Shown: positions 59,491 through 64,000 of the stretch, piece by piece
Numbering within the stretch: the stretch's first letter is position 1
Layout of the letters: each line of letters begins with the position of its first letter
Source of the DNA: Thermoanaerobaculia bacterium
GTDB taxonomy: Bacteria > Acidobacteriota > Thermoanaerobaculia > Multivoradales > UBA5704
DNA: 64,000 nt
Assembly: GCA_035637095.1 (NCBI GenBank)
Contig: DASPXX010000293.1
Location: forward strand, 284 to 64,283
Direction of reading: 5' to 3'
Translations under genes and position numbers: made by a program
Notes under the pieces: model-generated
Database searches by the model: none
Told to the model about the DNA's origin: nothing
The model's input: only the letters and a program-made list of their open reading frames with translations

Positions 59491-61269
59491 CTACGCGTCG
59501 CCGCTCCGGCCGCCGCTCCCTTTGGACACCAACCCGCCGATGCCGGAGAGGAGGCCCGCCGCGACCAGGATCAATCCGATCAAGGCGCGGGTGTGGTCGC
59601 CCTCGCTCGCCGTCGCCGCCTCGTAGAGGAGCTGACCGGGGCCGGCGTCGTGCGGGATGACGAAGAGACCGATTCCCGCCAGGGAGAACCCGAGCCCCGC
59701 CAGCCGCTGCCACAGACCCGACCGCGCGGGACGCCCGGCCTCCCGGCCCACCACGCTGTGGTTGTAGCCGTAGGAGAAGTAGATCCCCATGCCCAGCACC
59801 AGCCAGCCGATGAACCGCCACCACGAGGCGGGCGGCAGGTAGACCATCAGGAAGATGCAGGAGGCGGAGCCCAGCAGGGGGACGACCCACGGCCCGAACG
59901 GCACGCGGAATCCGCGCGGCCGGTCCGGGTCCTTGTAGCGCAGAATGGTGATCCCGACGCAGACCAGGACGAAGGCGAAGAGCGTCCCGATGTTGGTCAG
60001 CTCCACGACCTCGTTGATGTTGGCCACTCCGGAGAAGACCGCGACGGCGATGCCGGTCAGGATGGTCGTGACGTGCGGCGTACGGTACTTCGGATGCACC
60101 CGGGCCGCCCACTCGGGGAGCAGGCCGTCGCGCGCCATGGAGAAGAAGATCCGCGGCTGGCCGAGCTGGAAGACCAGGAGCACCGAGGTGGTGGCGAAGA
60201 CGGCTCCCAGGGCGATGATCAGGGTGGGCCACCGCATCCCCAGGCCGGAGAAGGCGGCCGCCAGCGGCTCGGCCGTGCCGAGCTGCGTCCAGGGGAGCAT
60301 CCCGGTCAGCACGATCGCCACCAGGATGTAGATCACCGTACAGACGATCAGGCTGGCGATGATGGCGATCGGCATGTTGCGCTTCGGATCGCGCGTCTCT
60401 TCCGCCGCCGTGGACACGGCGTCGAACCCGATGTAGGCGAAGAAGATGATGGCCGCCGCCGTCGAGATGCCCCGGAAGCCGTTCGGCGCGAACGGGGTCC
60501 AGTTCGCGGGATTGACGTACAACGAGCCGAAAATCACGAAGAAGGTGATGATCGCCAGCTTGAGCACCACCATGGCCGAGTTGAACCAGGCGCTCTCGCG
60601 GATGCCGATCACCAGGATCCAGGTGATGGCCATGACGATCAGGAAGGCCGGCACGTTGAAGACCAGGGGGACGCCGAAGATCCGCGGCGCCTGCTCCAGG
60701 GCCTGGGCGGCGCGCTGGACCACGAGCCCGAGCGCCGCGGGGTCGGTCCCGCCGGCGTGCGCCTCGGCGATCTGGGCGGCGGCCTGGACAGCGGAGCGGT
60801 AGTCGGTGCAGAGCCATTCCGGGAGAGCGAAGCCGACCGAGCGCAGCAGCTCCTGGAAGTAGCCGGACCAGGAGATGGCCACCGCCACGTTGCCCACCGC
60901 GTACTCGATGATCAGGTCCCAGCCGATGATCCAGCCGACCAGCTCGCCCAGGGTGGCGTAGGAGTAGGTGTAGGCCGACCCGGACACCGGCACCATCGAG
61001 GCGAACTCCGCGTAGCAGAGGGCCGCGAAGCCGCAGGTGATGGCGGTGAGAACGAAGGAGAGGACGAGGGCCGGGCCGGCGCCCGGACGGTCGAGGGAGC
61101 CGGCGGCGGCCGTGCCGACCGTCGAGAAGATGCCGGCGCCGATGATGGCGCCGATGCCCAGCAGGGTGAGCTGGACCGGCCCCAGGGAGCGGCGCAGCGC
61201 GTGTTGCGGCTCCTCGGCCGAGGCGAGGATCGCGTTCAATGATTTGGTGCGGAAGATGCCTCGGAGCAT
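59491..61269 (-). CDS. APC-superfamily amino acid permease with C-terminal extension
   Basis: From the internal ATG: MLRGIFRTKSLNAILASAEEPQHALRRSLGPVQLTLLGIGAIIGAGIFSTVG.. is the canonical N-terminal signature of amino-acid/polyamine (APC) permeases. 12+ TM segments. Confidence 0.85.
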   Translation of the reverse strand: MLRGIFRTKSLNAILASAEEPQHALRRSLGPVQLTLLGIGAIIGAGIFSTVGTAAAGSLDRPGAGPALVLSFVLTAITCGFAALCYAEFASMVPVSGSAYTYSYATLGELVGWIIGWDLIIEYAVGNVAVAISWSGYFQELLRSVGFALPEWLCTDYRSAVQAAAQIAEAHAGGTDPAALGLVVQRAAQALEQAPRIFGVPLVFNVPAFLIVMAITWILVIGIRESAWFNSAMVVLKLAIITFFVIFGSLYVNPANWTPFAPNGFRGISTAAAIIFFAYIGFDAVSTAAEETRDPKRNMPIAIIASLIVCTVIYILVAIVLTGMLPWTQLGTAEPLAAAFSGLGMRWPTLIIALGAVFATTSVLLVFQLGQPRIFFSMARDGLLPEWAARVHPKYRTPHVTTILTGIAVAVFSGVANINEVVELTNIGTLFAFVLVCVGITILRYKDPDRPRGFRVPFGPWVVPLLGSASCIFLMVYLPPASWWRFIGWLVLGMGIYFSYGYNHSVVGREAGRPARSGLWQRLAGLGFSLAGIGLFVIPHDAGPGQLLYEAATASEGDHTRALIGLILVAAGLLSGIGGLVSKGSGGRSGDA

Positions 61270-61362
61270 GGGCCTCCCGATCGTTGCGGTCCGTAAATGT
61301 CCGGCGGAGCATGACATGGGAGAGGCGAGAGGCGCAACGAGGACCATCCGCTCGGCAGCTCC

Positions 61363-61416
61363 CCCCTCTCCCGGTGGAAGGGGGGGCGATGGGAGAGGGG
61401 GGCCGGGGGGGTGAGG
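61363..61416. repeat. Degenerate copy (e) of the MITE-like element upstream of the permease gene
   Basis: cccctctccc-ggtggaaggggggcgat-gggagagggg-ggccgggggggtgagg is the hairpin plus outer arm of the element family. Confidence 0.5.
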
Positions 61417-61504
61417 TCGGGAGGGGGAAGGCTCGCAGGAGAAGACGGCTCACTCGGGGGGTGTTTGCATCGGCCCCGTTTTCCTCTAGGATTGGCGCCT
61501 CTCC

Positions 61505-62803
61505 ATGGCGCGGAAGAAAATTCCCCTCCACACGCGCATCCTCATCGGCGGCCTCCTGGGCGCCGTGGCGGGGATCATCGCCTATCTCACGGCGGGGGAC
61601 TCTCCGGGCCTCCAGAGCTTCATCACCTATGGGACCGGCCCGCTCGGCAGGATCTTCCTGAACCTCCTGTTCATGCTGGTCATCCCGCTGATCTTCTCGG
61701 CGCTGGTCCTGGGAGTGGCGGGTATGGGGGACCCCCGTGCCCTGGGGCGGATCGGCCTCAAGTCCCTCCTCTACACCGTCTGCGTCTCCGCCATCGCCGT
61801 CCTGCTCGGGATCACCCTGGTCAACCTCTTCCGCCCCGGCGACGTCATCTCGCCGGAGCTCAAGGCGCGCCTCGCGGCGAGCGCCGCGCAGCGGGCCGCC
61901 CAGGCGACCGTGGCGGCACCGGCGCCGCCCAAATCCGGCATCGACATGGTGGTCGACATCGTCCCGCGCAACCCGATCAAGGCGGCGGCCGAGGGGGACA
62001 TGCTGGCGGTCATGTTCTTCTCCCTGTTCGTGGGGATCGGGCTCGCCCTGGTCCGCACCCCGGCCGCCCTGCGCTTCCAGGAGGCGGTCGAGGGCCTGCT
62101 CGACATCAGCATGCGTCTCATCGACATCGTGATCGCCTTCGCCCCCGTGGGCGTCGCCGCCCTGCTGTTCAACCTCACGGCCCAGCTCGGCTACGAGGTG
62201 CTCCGGCAGCTCGCGATCTACGTGGGGGTCGTGCTGCTGGCCCTGGCGATCCACCAGTTCGTGGTGTACTCACTCGCGGTGAAGCTGCTGGGCGGGATGA
62301 GCCCCCTGACCTTCTTCAAGGGCGTCGAAGAGGCCATGATCACCGCGTTTTCGACCTCGTCGAGCAACGCGACCCTGCCGACCGCGCTGCGGGTGGCCGA
62401 GGAGGAGCTCCACCTCCCGCCGAGCGTGTCGCGTTTCGTGCTCACCATCGGCGCCACCATGAACCAGAACGGCACGGCCCTCTTCGAGGGGGTCACCGTG
62501 CTGTTCCTTGCCCAGTTCTATAACGTTCCCCTGACCTTGCCGCAGCAGGCGACGGTCGTCGGGATCTGCATCCTGGGCGGCATCGGCACGGCGGGCGTCC
62601 CTTCGGGATCGATCCCGGTGGTGGCGATGATCCTCGGCCTGGTCGGCATCCCCGTCGAGGGGATCGGCCTGATTCTCGGAGTGGATCGTTTCCTGGACAT
62701 GTGCCGCACGGTTTTGAACGTCACCGGCGACCTCGCGGCGGCGGTGGTCGTCTCGCGCGGCGAAGAGGCCCTGGCCGGACCGGCGCCGGTGGCGGAGAGC
62801 TGA
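61505..62803 (+). CDS. Dicarboxylate/amino acid:cation symporter (DAACS, GltP/DctA-like)
   Basis: ..LIGGLLGAVAGI.., ..AFSTSSSNATLPTAL.. and ..NMDGTAL.. equivalents (TIGATMNQNGTALFEG), plus ..TGDLAAAVVVS.. are the signature re-entrant loop motifs of the SDF/DAACS family. Confidence 0.9.
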   Translation: MARKKIPLHTRILIGGLLGAVAGIIAYLTAGDSPGLQSFITYGTGPLGRIFLNLLFMLVIPLIFSALVLGVAGMGDPRALGRIGLKSLLYTVCVSAIAVLLGITLVNLFRPGDVISPELKARLAASAAQRAAQATVAAPAPPKSGIDMVVDIVPRNPIKAAAEGDMLAVMFFSLFVGIGLALVRTPAALRFQEAVEGLLDISMRLIDIVIAFAPVGVAALLFNLTAQLGYEVLRQLAIYVGVVLLALAIHQFVVYSLAVKLLGGMSPLTFFKGVEEAMITAFSTSSSNATLPTALRVAEEELHLPPSVSRFVLTIGATMNQNGTALFEGVTVLFLAQFYNVPLTLPQQATVVGICILGGIGTAGVPSGSIPVVAMILGLVGIPVEGIGLILGVDRFLDMCRTVLNVTGDLAAAVVVSRGEEALAGPAPVAES

Positions 62804-62952
62804 CGAAGCGTCGCGAACAGGGGTGAGGTGTGCGATATTCCGGCACGGATTCTGCTTCATTCTATCGGTCGGCTCCCAGCCCCTCCCGGGGGCTCTCCCG
62901 GCCGGGAACCAAATTCGTTCTGCCCCCATCTAAGAGGCGGAGAGGTGACTAA

Positions 62953-63774
62953 ATGCACAGACCGACGACCTATCTTCTAGCCCTTCTGCTGCTGACGGCG
63001 CCGGTGCTCAGCGGGTGCAACAAGGTCCGCGCCCGGGTCGAGCTCAAGAAGGGCAACGCTTTCTACCAGCAGGAGTCCTATGCCAAGGCACTCCCGCAGT
63101 TCCAGAAGGGGATCGAGCTGGATCCGGCTGCGACGTTCGCCTGGCGCTCGGTCGCCCTGTCGGCGCTCGCCCTCTATCGCCCGGGCGATGCAAGCAAACA
63201 GAATCGCGAATACGAGCGGCTCGCGATCGAAGGGTTCGAGAACTACCTCAAGGACTATCCGGACGATGCCAAAGCGCATGAGTATCTGCTGACGATGTAC
63301 GTCAACTCCAAGCAGTACGACAAGGCGATGGCTTATATCGACGGGCAGATCGAGGCTCAGCCGGACAAGCGCGCGGAGCTCGAGGGGATGAAGGTCAACA
63401 TCCTCACGCAGACCGGCCAGCTCGAGCAGGCCGCCCAGCTCGCCCAGCGGGTCTCCCCCGAGAAGCGCGCCGAGATGCTGTACTCGGTCGGTGTCTCGGC
63501 CTGGGACAAGGTCAAGAACGATCCGAGCCTCGACAACGCGGCCCGCGAGAAGCTGGTCGATCTCGGTCTGACAACCATCAAGCAGGCGCTGGACATCCAG
63601 CCCGAGTACTTCGAGGCCCTGGTCTATTACGGCCTCCTCTATCGCCAGAAAGCGGACGTCACGCTCGACGAGGCCAAGAAGCAGGAATACCTCGCGCTGG
63701 CCACCGAGTGGCGTGACAAGGCGATCGCGCTGAGGAAGAAATCACAGGCGGCGCAGGCCAAGCCGGCTGCCTGA
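62953..63774 (+). CDS. TPR-repeat lipoprotein
   Basis: MHRPTTYLLALLLLTAPVLSGC has a signal peptide with an L-S-G-C lipobox. Remainder is all-helical TPR-like (..YAKALPQFQKGIELDP.., ..DDAKAHEYLLTMYVNSKQYDKAMAY..). Confidence 0.8.
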   Translation: MHRPTTYLLALLLLTAPVLSGCNKVRARVELKKGNAFYQQESYAKALPQFQKGIELDPAATFAWRSVALSALALYRPGDASKQNREYERLAIEGFENYLKDYPDDAKAHEYLLTMYVNSKQYDKAMAYIDGQIEAQPDKRAELEGMKVNILTQTGQLEQAAQLAQRVSPEKRAEMLYSVGVSAWDKVKNDPSLDNAAREKLVDLGLTTIKQALDIQPEYFEALVYYGLLYRQKADVTLDEAKKQEYLALATEWRDKAIALRKKSQAAQAKPAA

Positions 63775-63792
63775 ACAAGGTCGAGGTGCGAA

Positions 63793-64000
63793 ATGTTCGA
63801 AAATTCCCTGATCGAGCTGGACACCAAACGGAGCAGCCGCGGCATTCGCTTCTGGCTCATGCCCGTGGCCATCGGCCTCCACCTGATCGTGGGTGGCGCG
63901 TTGCTCTTCGCTCAGTACTGGAACGTCCCGGCCGTCCCCGAGCCGCCCATCAACGTCGTGTTCATGAACGCGGCCCCGCCACCGCCACCGCCGCCGCCGC
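63793..64000 (+). CDS. N-terminal part of a TonB-like energy transducer (continues beyond the window)
   Basis: MFENSLIELDTKRSSRGIRFWLMPVAIGLHLIVGGALLFAQYW.. is a single TM anchor followed by the start of a proline-rich spacer (..AAPPPPPPPP), the typical TonB N-terminal layout. Confidence 0.55.
   Translation, partial: MFENSLIELDTKRSSRGIRFWLMPVAIGLHLIVGGALLFAQYWNVPAVPEPPINVVFMNAAPPPPPPPP

Overview
High-GC (about 68-70%) bacterial chromosomal segment with Acidobacteria-like gene content: a BNR/sortilin-like secreted protein, S10 and S41 peptidases, a BlaI/BlaR1-HEAT pair, an OPT transporter and an EPS-type glycosyltransferase cluster. Conserved housekeeping and envelope genes present: serS, tRNA-Ser, glgP, a class A PBP, an amino-acid permease, a DAACS symporter and TonB. 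Between them lie several accessory blocks. (1) About 0.2-5.2 kb: a decayed patchwork of toxin-antitoxin (TA) genes, bounded by an imperfect 42-bp direct repeat of the 3' end of the upstream oxidoreductase gene. It holds vapB plus a vapC with an in-frame amber codon, a frameshifted relE/parE, phd, a HigA-like gene and a degenerate copy of it, and a truncated UPF0175 gene. Next to it are a 255-aa orphan protein, a small basic protein and a 9-unit iteron-like array. (2) About 11-17 kb: a small protein plus nucleotidyltransferase pair, a 21-bp minisatellite of about 20 copies, an MBL/Uma2 mosaic pseudogene and a 1341-aa Type IIG restriction-modification enzyme. (3) About 27-38.3 kb: a four-gene SMC-ATPase/Toprim cassette matching the TIGR02677-TIGR02678-TIGR02680-TIGR02679 architecture (Wadjet-like jetABCD) with overlapping gene junctions. 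It is divergent from an AlbA_2/Schlafen-type ATPase gene, followed by a tandem repeat field and HicB/HicA-like genes, and abuts the 3' end of tRNA-Ser(UGA), so it is a likely tRNA-integrated island. A GC-rich palindromic MITE-like element occurs five times; two copies sit inside coding sequence with lengths divisible by 3. Other items: a 58-aa cysteine-rich secreted peptide gene between a GNAT gene and the OPT transporter, and duplicated XRE + TPR regulator modules flanking a small secreted tandem-repeat peptide gene. Most long ORFs antisense to real genes are GC-content artefacts. Coordinates of features not taken from the ORF table are approximate (within a few bp), because my base counting and the ORF table disagreed by 1-2 nt in places.
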